DNA from: Rhizobium sp. Q54
GTDB taxonomy: Bacteria > Pseudomonadota > Alphaproteobacteria > UBA2966 > CAIVPW01
DNA length: 64,000 bases
Assembly (NCBI GenBank): GCA_945947575.1
Contig: CAMEYM010000014.1
Location: 2,738 to 66,737, forward strand
Direction: 5' to 3'
The translations under genes and the position numbers were made by a program. Shown here one piece after another: positions 23,188 through 32,114 of this stretch. Each line of letters starts with the position of its first letter. Positions within the stretch are counted from its first letter, which is position 1. The notes beneath the pieces were generated by a model. That model was not told the origin of the DNA. It saw only the letters and a list, made by a program, of their open reading frames with translations, and searched no databases.

Positions 23188-23792
23188 TGGACAAGCAGGC
23201 ATCTCTCGGGCGGCGCAACAAGCTCGTCGGCACGGCCGGCGCGCTGCTGGCCGTGGCGATGATCGGCGCGTCGTTTGCCTCGGTGCCGCTCTACCGCCTG
23301 TTCTGCCAGGTCACCGGCTACGGCGGCACGCCCCAGATCGCCCTCGCGGCACCCGGCGTGGTCGATGAGCGCGCCTTCACCATCGTCTTCGACGCCAACA
23401 TCGGCACCGGCCTGCCGTGGGATTTCCACCCGGCGCAGCGCCAGGTGACCGTGCGCACCGGCGAAGAGGGCTTGGCGTTCTATGTCGCCCACAATCCGAC
23501 CGATCGCGCCATCAAGGGCCAGGCGGCGTTCAATGTGACGCCCCTCACCGCCGGCAAGTATTTCAGCAAGGTGCAGTGCTTCTGCTTCGAGGAGCAGGTG
23601 CTGGCACCAGGCCAGACCGTTGATATGGGCGTGTCGTTCTTCGTGGACCCTGCGATCCTCAAGGACCGCAACATGGTCGACGTGAAGATGATCACGCTCT
23701 CCTACACGTTCTACGAGGTTCCCGGCCAACAGGCCGGCCTCGCGGGGGCGGCGACTGCAGCGGGCGGAGTTACGCCTGCGCCGGTTCGCTGA
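23187..23792 (+). CDS. ctaG: cytochrome c oxidase assembly protein CtaG/Cox11
   Basis: Cox11 Cu-binding motif KVQCFCFEEQ and an N-terminal TM anchor. Confidence 0.9.
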   Translation: MDKQASLGRRNKLVGTAGALLAVAMIGASFASVPLYRLFCQVTGYGGTPQIALAAPGVVDERAFTIVFDANIGTGLPWDFHPAQRQVTVRTGEEGLAFYVAHNPTDRAIKGQAAFNVTPLTAGKYFSKVQCFCFEEQVLAPGQTVDMGVSFFVDPAILKDRNMVDVKMITLSYTFYEVPGQQAGLAGAATAAGGVTPAPVR

Positions 23793-23838
23793 GACGAGGG
23801 ACCACTAGTAGAGGCTCAAGAAGCGGGAGACCGACGAC

Positions 23839-24669
23839 ATGGCACACGCGGGAAACCATCCGTACCATCTATCCGATCCAAGTCCGTGGCCGATTCTCGG
23901 CTCCATCGCCGCGCTGGTGACGGCGTTCGGCCTCATCTGGTTCATGCATGACGTGACGCCGTGGGTTCTGCCCATCGGCCTCCTGCTCGTCGCCTACACG
24001 ATGTTCGTGTGGTGGCGGGACGTGGTGAACGAGGCGACGCACCAGAAGGTTCACACCTCCGTCGTGCAGCTCGGCCTGCGCTACGGCATGGCGCTGTTCA
24101 TCTCCTCCGAGGTGATGTTCTTCTTCGCTTGGTTCTGGGCCTTCTTCAATGCGTCGCTCTACCCGACGGAACAGATGGGTGGCACCTGGCCGCCGACCTC
24201 ACCGGACCTCGCCGTCGAGATCTTCAATCCGTGGGGCATCCCATTCCTCAACACCGTCATCCTGCTGACGTCGGGCGTGACCGTGACCTGGGCGCACCAC
24301 GGCCTGCGCAAGGGCGACAACCAGACCCTGATCCGCGGCCTGTGGCTCACCGTGATCCTCGGCGCGATCTTCACCGGGTTCCAGGCGTACGAGTACATCA
24401 ACGCGCCGTTCGACTTCACCGGTGGCATCTACGGCACGACGTTCTTCATGGCGACCGGCTTCCACGGCGCTCACGTCATCATCGGCACCATCTTCCTGGC
24501 GGTGTGCCTGGGCCGGGCCTACAAGGGCCACTTCACGCCCGATCATCACTTCGGTTTCGAAGCAGCCGCTTGGTACTGGCACTTCGTCGATGTGGTGTGG
24601 CTCTTCTTGTTCACCTTCATCTACTGGTGGACTTCGGTGCAGCCGGGCGCAGTGTTCGCGGCCCACTAA
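23839..24669 (+). CDS. coxC: cytochrome c oxidase subunit III
   Basis: 276 aa, 7-TM subunit III (HPYHLSDPSPWPI...). Confidence 0.95.
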   Translation: MAHAGNHPYHLSDPSPWPILGSIAALVTAFGLIWFMHDVTPWVLPIGLLLVAYTMFVWWRDVVNEATHQKVHTSVVQLGLRYGMALFISSEVMFFFAWFWAFFNASLYPTEQMGGTWPPTSPDLAVEIFNPWGIPFLNTVILLTSGVTVTWAHHGLRKGDNQTLIRGLWLTVILGAIFTGFQAYEYINAPFDFTGGIYGTTFFMATGFHGAHVIIGTIFLAVCLGRAYKGHFTPDHHFGFEAAAWYWHFVDVVWLFLFTFIYWWTSVQPGAVFAAH

Positions 24670-24762
24670 GACGCCAACAGCGATAGGATGGCGGGCGCGG
24701 GGACAATCCCCGCGCCCGTTTCCTTTTTGGGGGCACGCGCCCCGATGGGGCGACTTGGGACC

Positions 24763-25146
24763 ATGAACGCCACCGTACGCCCTTCGCCGATTCGGACTGG
24801 CCTCGCCATGCGCTGCCCGGCGTGCGGCAAAGGCAAGCTGTTCGCCAAGTTCCTCGTCGTGCGTGAGCAGTGTGCGGCGTGCGGAGCCAAGCTCGGCACC
24901 GGCGATTCGGGGGATGGGCCGGTCGTGTTCATCATCCTGATCCTCGGGTTCTTCACCGTCGGCGGCGCGCTGTTCGTCGAGGTGAAATACACGCCGCCTC
25001 TATGGGTGCACGCGCTGCTGTGGGTGCCGGCGATCTTGGGTGGTTCGGCCATCCTGATGCCGCTCCTCAAGTCCCTGTTCTATTCGCTGACCTACCACTA
25101 CGACGCGCGCGAGCAGGTCAGCATCGATCGGAGTCCAAAGCCATGA
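24763..25146 (+). CDS. DUF983 zinc-ribbon membrane protein (cox operon)
   Basis: Start at MNATVRPSP. It has a C4 ribbon (CPACGKGKLF...CAACGAKL) followed by two TM helices, and its stop overlaps the surf1 start (ATGA). Confidence 0.65.
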   Translation: MNATVRPSPIRTGLAMRCPACGKGKLFAKFLVVREQCAACGAKLGTGDSGDGPVVFIILILGFFTVGGALFVEVKYTPPLWVHALLWVPAILGGSAILMPLLKSLFYSLTYHYDAREQVSIDRSPKP

Positions 25147-25865
25147 GCCGCGGCGCCAAGGCAGTGGTGGCCACGCTCATCGCCCTGCCGATGTTCGTGG
25201 TGCTGATCGCGCTCGGCGTCTGGCAGCTGCAGCGCCTCGATGTGAAGCTGCAGTTCATTGCCCAGCGCGAACGCGGGTTCGGCGCCGAGCCGATCGAGCT
25301 GCCGGCCCGCGACGGCAACCTCCAAGGTCTCGCCTGGCGCCGCGTCTCCGTAAAGGGCCGCTTCGACCACGCCAACGAGTTCCACCTGTGGAGCCTGCGC
25401 GAAGGCCCCGGCTACGAGGTGCTGACGCCGCTGGTGCGCACCGATAGCGCGGCCGGCCAGGTCGTGCTGGTCGACCGCGGCTGGGTGCCCGTTGAACGGA
25501 AGCAGATTGCCACCCGCGCCGAGGGTGCGCCTGCGGGCGAGGTCACCCTCAGCGGCTTCGTTCGCATCGACCTGGACGCGCGCTCGGCCGTTACGCCCAC
25601 CAACGAGCCCGATAAGAACATCTGGTTCACGGTCGACTACGCGGCGATGGGCAACGTATCCGGCCTGTTCCTCCGGCCGTTCGTCGTCGTCGCCGACGCA
25701 ACCCCCAATCCGGGCGGTCTCCCCATCGGCACCGCGACTCCTCCGGCGGTGCCAAACCGCCACCTCGAGTACGCCATCACCTGGTTCAGCCTCGCCGCGG
25801 TGTTCGCGTTCATCTACTTCTTGGCCTTGCGCCGCCAGGTCGCAACCCCGCGGCCGAGCGTCTAA
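25143..25865 (+). CDS. surf1: SURF1 family cytochrome oxidase assembly protein
   Basis: MSRGAKAVVATLIALPMFVVLIALGVWQLQR with a C-terminal TM helix and HLEYAITWFSLAAV, typical of SURF1. Confidence 0.85.
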   Translation: MSRGAKAVVATLIALPMFVVLIALGVWQLQRLDVKLQFIAQRERGFGAEPIELPARDGNLQGLAWRRVSVKGRFDHANEFHLWSLREGPGYEVLTPLVRTDSAAGQVVLVDRGWVPVERKQIATRAEGAPAGEVTLSGFVRIDLDARSAVTPTNEPDKNIWFTVDYAAMGNVSGLFLRPFVVVADATPNPGGLPIGTATPPAVPNRHLEYAITWFSLAAVFAFIYFLALRRQVATPRPSV

Positions 25866-25876
25866 ACTCGGCGCCC

Positions 25877-27391
25877 ATGGGCGCACCCCAACCTCCGTCT
25901 CCGGCTTACACGGCGCTGGAAGCCCGCTTCCGTCGCATCGGCCTGCTCGGCGGCGTGCAGGCGTTCCTGGATTGGGACACCGCCACCATGATGCCGCGCG
26001 GCGGCGCCGAGGCACGCGCCGAGCAGCAGGCGGCGATCGCCGCCGTGGTGCACCGCGAGGTATGCGCGCCGGAGCTCGGCGACCTCCTCGAGTGCGCCAC
26101 GACGGAGACCCTGGATTCCGGCCGCGCCGCCAACCTGCGCGCCATCCGCCACCGCCGCACCCATGCGGTCGCCGTTCCCGAGCACCTCGTCGAAGAGGTC
26201 AACCGCGCCACCGCGCGCTGCGAAATGGCCTGGCGCGACGCCCGCCCGGCCAACGACTTCGCCTCCCTGCGCCCACACCTCGAAGGCGTCGTCCGCCTGG
26301 TGCGCGAGCGCGCCCGCGCCAAGGCCGAGGCCCTGTCGGTGTCGCCTTACCAGGCGCTCCTGGACGAACACAATCCCGGCCTGACCGAAGCCACCGTCAG
26401 CCGTTTCTTCGACGCGGTCGAAGCGTTCCTGCCCGACCTCGCCAGCCAGGTGATGGCGCAGCAGGCACGCGAGCCGGCGCCCTTGCCGCTGCCCGCGCCG
26501 ATCGCTGCCGACGTCCAGCGCCGGCTCGGCGAGCACCTCATGCGGCTGCTCGGCTTCGATTTCGCCCACGGCCGCCTCGACGAGAGCCGCCACCCGTTCA
26601 TGAGCGGCAGCGCCGACGACGTGCGCATCACCATGCGCACCGACCCGAACGACGTGCTGTCCGGGCTGCTCGCCGTCGCCCACGAGACCGGCCACGCCCT
26701 CTACGAGCGCGGCCTGCCCACCGCCTGGCGCTGGCAGCCGGGCGGCGACGCCGCCGGCATGGCGATGCACGAGGCACAGGCGCTCCTTTGGGAGATGCAG
26801 ATCATGCGCGGCCGCGCCTTCCTGCGCCACTTCGCACCCATCCTGCAGGAGCAGTTGGGCCAGCGCGGCCCGGCGCTCGCCGCCGACAACCTCGTGCGGG
26901 TCGTTCAACGCGTCGAGCCCGGCATGATCCGCGTCGATGCCGACGAGTGCACCTATCCGCTGCATGTGCTCCTGCGCTACCGCCTGGAGACGGCCCTGTT
27001 CGACGGCAGCCTCGACGTCGCCGACCTGCCCGCTGCCTGGGGTGACGCCATGCAGCGCTACATCGGCGTGCGCCCGCGCAACGACGGCGAAGGCTGCATG
27101 CAGGACATCCACTGGATGCTCGGCAACTTCGGGTACTTCCCGTCGTACGCGCTCGGTGTGACCGCTGCCGCCCAGATGGTGGCGGCCGCCCGCAAGGAGC
27201 TCGGCGACCTCGACGACGCCATTGGCCGCGGCCAATTCACGGGCTTGTTGGGTTGGCTGCGCACCCATGTGCACGACCATGGCTCCCTGCGCTCCATTGA
27301 CGAGCTGCTGACCACGGCCACCGGCCGCTCGTTCGACGCCACGGCGCTGGAAACGCACCTGCGCCACCGCTACCTGGAGCGCGCGAGCTAG
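25877..27391 (+). CDS. carboxypeptidase M32 (Taq-like)
   Basis: 504 aa with the HETGHALYE zinc motif and the HEAQALLWE second motif of family M32. Confidence 0.85.
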   Translation: MGAPQPPSPAYTALEARFRRIGLLGGVQAFLDWDTATMMPRGGAEARAEQQAAIAAVVHREVCAPELGDLLECATTETLDSGRAANLRAIRHRRTHAVAVPEHLVEEVNRATARCEMAWRDARPANDFASLRPHLEGVVRLVRERARAKAEALSVSPYQALLDEHNPGLTEATVSRFFDAVEAFLPDLASQVMAQQAREPAPLPLPAPIAADVQRRLGEHLMRLLGFDFAHGRLDESRHPFMSGSADDVRITMRTDPNDVLSGLLAVAHETGHALYERGLPTAWRWQPGGDAAGMAMHEAQALLWEMQIMRGRAFLRHFAPILQEQLGQRGPALAADNLVRVVQRVEPGMIRVDADECTYPLHVLLRYRLETALFDGSLDVADLPAAWGDAMQRYIGVRPRNDGEGCMQDIHWMLGNFGYFPSYALGVTAAAQMVAAARKELGDLDDAIGRGQFTGLLGWLRTHVHDHGSLRSIDELLTTATGRSFDATALETHLRHRYLERAS

Positions 27392-27413
27392 AGACCCGAG
27401 CTGGCCTGTCGGC

Positions 27414-29237
27414 CTAGTCGGCCGCTTCCAACTCCAGCCTCTTTTGCTGCTGCAACCATAGGGCCGCGTAGCGGCCGCCGTCGCGCAGCAGGGAGTCATG
27501 CGTGCCGCGCTCGACAATGCGGCCCTCGTCGAGGACCAGGATCTGGCTCGCATGGACCACCGTCGAAAGGCGGTGGGCGATGATGACGGTGGTGGTGCCG
27601 CGCGACACTTCGTACAGGTTGTCCTGGATGGCGCGCTCGGTGTGGCTGTCCAGCGCGCTGGTCGCCTCGTCGAACAGGAAGATGCGGGGGCGCTTGAGGA
27701 TGGCGCGGGCGATGGCGACGCGCTGCTTCTCGCCGCCCGACAGTTTGAGGCCGCGCTCGCCGACGACCGTGTCGTAGCCGTCGGGCAGGCGCTCGATGAA
27801 CGTGTGCAGTTGGGCCAGCCGCGCGGCGCGCTCGATCTCTTCGCGGCTGGCGCCGGGCGCGCCGAACGCGATGTTATAGGCCAGGCTGTCGTTGAACAGC
27901 ACCGCATCCTGCGGGACCACGCCGATGGCCGCGCGGAGACTGGCGACGGTAACGCGGCGCAGGTCGTGCCCATCGACCTCCACCGCGCCCGAACTCGGGT
28001 CATAGAAACGGAACAGCAGGCGGCCGATGGTTGTCTTGCCCGAGCCGGAGGCGCCGACCAGGCCAAGGGACTGGCCCGCGGGAACCTCGAAGCTGACGCC
28101 GTCCAGGATCGGCCGCCGTACGTCATAGGCGAACGAGACGTCCTTGAAGGCGATGGTGCCGCCGCCGGCGGGCAGGGGCACCGCGCCCGCCGCGTCGCCG
28201 ACCTCGTTGGTCTCCAGCAGCAACGCCATCATCTGCTCGACGTCGGTGAACGCCTGCTTGAGGCCGCGGTACAGCATGCCCATGCGGTCGAGTGGGCGCA
28301 GCACCTGCATGAGGTAGCTGTTGACCAGCACGAAGCCGCCGACCGTCATGTTGCCGGCCAGCGCCTCGCGCCCGGCCAGTAGCACCATGGCGGTCAGGCC
28401 TACGCCCTGGATCACCACCTGGATGACGCCGGTCAGGCTGCGCGAGTAGAGCGCCTTGAGCTGCAGAGACTCGACCCGTTGCAGCGCCTCGTCGTAGCGG
28501 TCGTTGACGTAGCCTTCGTTGCCGAAGTACTTCACCGTCTCGTAGTTGAGCAGGCTGTCTACCGCCTTGCCGTGTGCCGCAGCGCTCTCGGCCACTGCGG
28601 CGCGCTGGTGCACGCGCAGGTATTCCGAGCCGATGACCAGTGCCGTGCCGTAGACCACGAAGGTGACGAACAGGATCAACGTGTAGATGGGCGTGAAGCC
28701 TCCCAGCAGCACGCTGATGACGATGCCGAGCTCGACCAGCAGCGGCAGGATCATGAACACGAAGGAGTTCAGAATCTGCTCCATCCCGCGCATGCCGTTA
28801 TCGACGATGCGCGACAGCTGTCCGGTCTTGCGCGTCAGGTGGAAGCGCAGACTGAGCTCGTGGACGTGGCGCAGCGCCGCGAGACGCATGCGCCGGTTGA
28901 GACGCTGCTCCATCGGGCCGTAGAGGACGACCCGCCACTGGTCGACGACGCGGCCGACCGTGAACACCACGCCGTACGCGAGCAGCAGGGAGAACGTCAG
29001 GACGCTCGCGTTCTGCGGGCCGGCGGCGAGGGTATCGACGACCTTGGCCATCACCACCGGCGTCAGGGTGTTGAGCGCCGAGGTAGCGACCAGCAGGAAC
29101 AGCGTGCCCAGCAGCCGGGCGCGCAGGCCCCAGTCGTCCTTGGGCCACAGGAACGGCAGAGTCATGCGCAGGACGTGAATGTCCTGCGGCCGTTTCAGGT
29201 CCATGGTTTCGGGGTCGAACCGGCCCATGCCGCGCAT
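27414..29237 (-). CDS. ABC transporter permease/ATPase, Atm1/ABCB-like exporter
   Basis: 607 aa with six TM helices plus an NBD (GASGSGKTT, LSGGEKQRVAIARA, IFLFDEATSALD). The N-terminus resembles Atm1-type heavy-metal/glutathione-conjugate exporters. Confidence 0.85.
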   Translation of the reverse strand: MRGMGRFDPETMDLKRPQDIHVLRMTLPFLWPKDDWGLRARLLGTLFLLVATSALNTLTPVVMAKVVDTLAAGPQNASVLTFSLLLAYGVVFTVGRVVDQWRVVLYGPMEQRLNRRMRLAALRHVHELSLRFHLTRKTGQLSRIVDNGMRGMEQILNSFVFMILPLLVELGIVISVLLGGFTPIYTLILFVTFVVYGTALVIGSEYLRVHQRAAVAESAAAHGKAVDSLLNYETVKYFGNEGYVNDRYDEALQRVESLQLKALYSRSLTGVIQVVIQGVGLTAMVLLAGREALAGNMTVGGFVLVNSYLMQVLRPLDRMGMLYRGLKQAFTDVEQMMALLLETNEVGDAAGAVPLPAGGGTIAFKDVSFAYDVRRPILDGVSFEVPAGQSLGLVGASGSGKTTIGRLLFRFYDPSSGAVEVDGHDLRRVTVASLRAAIGVVPQDAVLFNDSLAYNIAFGAPGASREEIERAARLAQLHTFIERLPDGYDTVVGERGLKLSGGEKQRVAIARAILKRPRIFLFDEATSALDSHTERAIQDNLYEVSRGTTTVIIAHRLSTVVHASQILVLDEGRIVERGTHDSLLRDGGRYAALWLQQQKRLELEAAD

Positions 29238-29332
29238 GGCTCCCTACATCCCACACCGCCCGGGGGGTGGCAACGCGGGCTGTCGATAGATTGAACGGCC
29301 GGGCCTGGTCCGGCCCGGACAAGTGGGTCGCG

Positions 29333-30523
29333 CTACTCGGCCGCCCGGCGGCGGTAGGTGGACATCGCGAACCAACCGATCAGGCCGAGCAACGCGGCGG
29401 CGATGGCGTAGCTGATCCATCCGAGGTCTTCGACCGTCATCCAGAAGCGCTCGCTGCCGGTGGCGTCGGCCCGCTGGCGGTCGCGCAGGGTGCGCTGGAT
29501 CTGGCGGGCGAGTTCGGCGTTGCCACCGGCAGTGGCCGCACCAGCCAGATGGGTGTACGCCTCGACGTCGGTGCGCGTGGCGCGGTTGAGGCGTTCGAGA
29601 ATCCACTGCGCCACGGCGGGCGAGGCGCGATCGACCTCGAAGTCGCGCGCCTCGGTCGCGGCAGGCCACGGGCTGGGTGGCGTCAGCGCCCCGGCGGACG
29701 TGCCGGTCAGATCGATGCGCACGTTCTGCGGCCAGCCGCCGCGCGCGACCAGGACAAGCTCGCCGCCGACGCGCGCGCTGGCGATATGCACGGTTACCGT
29801 GCCGGCGCCTTCCAGGCTGAGGCGGGCGTCGCCGATGATCTGCGCACCGCCCAGCACGACCTCAGGCACCTTGGCGCCATCGAGGTCGAGACTGCCGCGC
29901 ACCGTCATGCCGCGGCCTACCACCGCACTGAACGATGCACCCGCCGCCTTCACGTCTCCCTGCACGATCGCCGCGCCCATATCGAGCGGCCCCTGCATCT
30001 GCGTGCCGGTGAAGTCGAAACCACCGCCGACGAGCGCTTGCCGCGCCGCGACGCCCATCGGCGAGTAGCACTGGCGGCACGTCCACGATCCGCGCATCTG
30101 CGTCTCCGAGAGGACGATGCCCTCGAGGAAGTGCGACTGCTCGAACGTGACGTTCATGGGAATGGAACGCTTGTTGAGATCCACCGCGCTCGTGACCATG
30201 GCGCCGGCAATCGTCACGCTCGGCAGGGCGTCGCGGTAGGGGAGGTCGGTCAGAATCTGCCGCACGAACATGCCCGACAGCAGGTTCTCGGGCGCCGGCT
30301 GGCCCGCCTGCGGCGGTTCCATGCGGCCGTAGGGCGGGGTGATGTCGGCGGTGCCGTCCTCGCACAGCTGCTGCCACACCTTCGTTTCCGTGTCGGTCCA
30401 ATTGGCGGCCGGGCGCGGGCAGGCGTTGGCTTGCGCGGGGGCCTGGGCGAACGCCTCCGGCGCCCCCGCGAGGGCGAGCAGCATCAGGCCGAACAAGGAG
30501 GCGAGGAAGCGCATGGGGAACAC
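29333..30523 (-). CDS. hypothetical secreted/membrane-anchored protein with a repeat-containing middle region
   Basis: 396 aa. Signal peptide MFPMRFLASLFGLMLLALAGAPEAFA and a C-terminal TM (WISYAIAAALLGLIGWFAMSTYRRR). The middle shows a weak 5-residue periodicity (SLDLDGAKVPEVVLGGAQIIGDARLSLEGAG), possibly pentapeptide or beta-helix repeats. I see no confident homology. Confidence 0.5.
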   Translation of the reverse strand: MFPMRFLASLFGLMLLALAGAPEAFAQAPAQANACPRPAANWTDTETKVWQQLCEDGTADITPPYGRMEPPQAGQPAPENLLSGMFVRQILTDLPYRDALPSVTIAGAMVTSAVDLNKRSIPMNVTFEQSHFLEGIVLSETQMRGSWTCRQCYSPMGVAARQALVGGGFDFTGTQMQGPLDMGAAIVQGDVKAAGASFSAVVGRGMTVRGSLDLDGAKVPEVVLGGAQIIGDARLSLEGAGTVTVHIASARVGGELVLVARGGWPQNVRIDLTGTSAGALTPPSPWPAATEARDFEVDRASPAVAQWILERLNRATRTDVEAYTHLAGAATAGGNAELARQIQRTLRDRQRADATGSERFWMTVEDLGWISYAIAAALLGLIGWFAMSTYRRRAAE

Positions 30524-30547
30524 GGCGGGGGGTTAGGTGGCGGCGCG

Positions 30548-31708
30548 CTAGTCCTTGCGGAAGTGCTTGCTGAGCGTCAAGGCCTGACGGCCGTAGGACG
30601 ACCCAATCGCAGCACCATACAGCCGGTCCGGCTCTTCGGTCATCCGCTCGTAGACCAGCCGCCCGACCACTTGGCCGTGTTCCAGGACGAACGGCACGTC
30701 GTGGGAGCGTACCTCCAGCACCGCCTTGGTGCCCTGACCCTCGACCCCGGCAAAGCCGAAGCCAGGGTCGAAGAACCCGGCGTAGTGGACGCGGAATTCG
30801 CCCACCAGGGGGTCGTAGGCCACGAGCTCGGCGGCGTACTCCGGCGGCACGGACACCCGTTCGCGCGAGGCCAGGATGTAGAAGTCGTCCGGGTTGAGGA
30901 TCAGGGTGCGCTGGTCGCCGTCGGCGTGGATCGCCTCCCAGAAGTCGGCGGGCCGGTAGTGCGCGATCTTGCTGAAGTCGATCAGGTCGGCGTGGTGCTT
31001 GGCGCGGTAGCCGAGCAGCGCCTGTTTGCCCGTGCCCTCGAGGTCCACCGAGATGGCGACGCCGCCGTCGATATCGGCGCCTGCCGCTGCGCCATGCACC
31101 AGCGGCATGCGCGCGTGCAACTCGCGCAGCGCCGCATCGGATGTGGGCGGACTGCCCCGCCGGAAGCGCAGCTGGCTCAAACGATCGCCGCTGTGCACCA
31201 GAATACTGAAGGTGCGCGGCGAGATCTCGGCGTACAGCGGCCCCTCATAGCCGGCGCGCACCCGGTCGAACTCGGTCGTCTGATCGGTGATCAGGCGCGT
31301 GAAAACATCAAGACGCCCGGTCGAGCTCTTGGGATTGGCTGCGCCCGACATGCCCTTCGCGAGCCGCACGCGCTCCTGCAGCGGCACGATGTACACGCAG
31401 CCGCGTTCGAGCACGGCGCCGTCGGTCAGCGACATGCGGTGCATCTCGAGCGTCTTGACCTTGTCCATCACCGTCGCGGTGGCGCTCGGCAGGAAGCTCG
31501 CGCGCACGCGATAGGCGACCGCGCCCAGGCGCAAGTCGATGCTGGCCGGCTGGACCTGCGCGTCGGTGACTGCGGCGTCCGCCGCAATGGCGCCGTCGGC
31601 GATCAGCTTGCGGATTTGTTGGGAAGAAAGGATGCCGCTGGTGCGGCGGCGCGCGCCCGAGGCGCCCTCTTCGGCGCCAACGTCCGCGCCCTCAAAGCGA
31701 TTGTTCAA
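30548..31708 (-). CDS. dcd: 2'-deoxycytidine 5'-triphosphate deaminase (long form)
   Basis: 386 aa; ILSSQQIRKLIADGAI matches the dCTP deaminase N-terminus, and the fold resembles the two-domain alphaproteobacterial Dcd. Confidence 0.78.
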   Translation of the reverse strand: MNNRFEGADVGAEEGASGARRRTSGILSSQQIRKLIADGAIAADAAVTDAQVQPASIDLRLGAVAYRVRASFLPSATATVMDKVKTLEMHRMSLTDGAVLERGCVYIVPLQERVRLAKGMSGAANPKSSTGRLDVFTRLITDQTTEFDRVRAGYEGPLYAEISPRTFSILVHSGDRLSQLRFRRGSPPTSDAALRELHARMPLVHGAAAGADIDGGVAISVDLEGTGKQALLGYRAKHHADLIDFSKIAHYRPADFWEAIHADGDQRTLILNPDDFYILASRERVSVPPEYAAELVAYDPLVGEFRVHYAGFFDPGFGFAGVEGQGTKAVLEVRSHDVPFVLEHGQVVGRLVYERMTEEPDRLYGAAIGSSYGRQALTLSKHFRKD

Positions 31709-32114
31709 TTGCGGCTAGCCCAGAAATACCTCGCGGCGGCTGACCAGGCCGCATCCAAACGTAACTTGGTTGGAGCCTACGGGCCATTGGCATGGAAACG
31801 GGATTTGCAGGCCCCGCGAGCCAAGCCCAAGGTTGGCCGCCGCGAGAGCAGGGAGCCACCCCGCAGATATCCTAGCACTCGACGCCGTTCTTCTAAGGGA
31901 AAACTGGTTGATGACTTGTCCGCATACTTATCCAGATGCGGGGTGGCACATATCTTCTTTCAAGGCCGATAAATTTTGCAGTTATCCCCACTATTCGCAG
32001 GTTGTGAGTGTTTGGTGGCCACCGGTTGCGGTGCGGCGGCGGCACGCATTGCCTCGCGGGGCGGGCTTCCTTAGGTTGGCGGTCCCTTTTTCGCGCCGGC
32101 GGAACCCCCCTCCA

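Noticed and set aside
23961-24686. 241-aa plus-strand ORF out of frame within coxC
   Set aside because: An alternative frame of a gene whose subunit III identity is unambiguous in the annotated frame.
25862-28126. 754-aa minus-strand ORF antisense to the M32 carboxypeptidase and overlapping the Atm1-like exporter
   Set aside because: Lies antisense to a gene with a clear HETGH zinc motif and overlaps the real Atm1-like exporter out of frame; alanine/arginine-rich junk.
29267-31972. 901-aa plus-strand ORF across the secreted hypothetical, dcd and the thrC leader
   Set aside because: Spans three independent loci, including a non-coding AT-rich region, and has no domain signature.
31709-32114. 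tRNA, RNase P RNA or SRP RNA in the long dcd-thrC spacer
   Set aside because: No T-loop (GGTTCGANTCC-like) or acceptor-stem pairing, no RNase P (AGGAAAGTCCGGGCTCC) core and no SRP motif found. Kept only as an unclassified leader or sRNA candidate.
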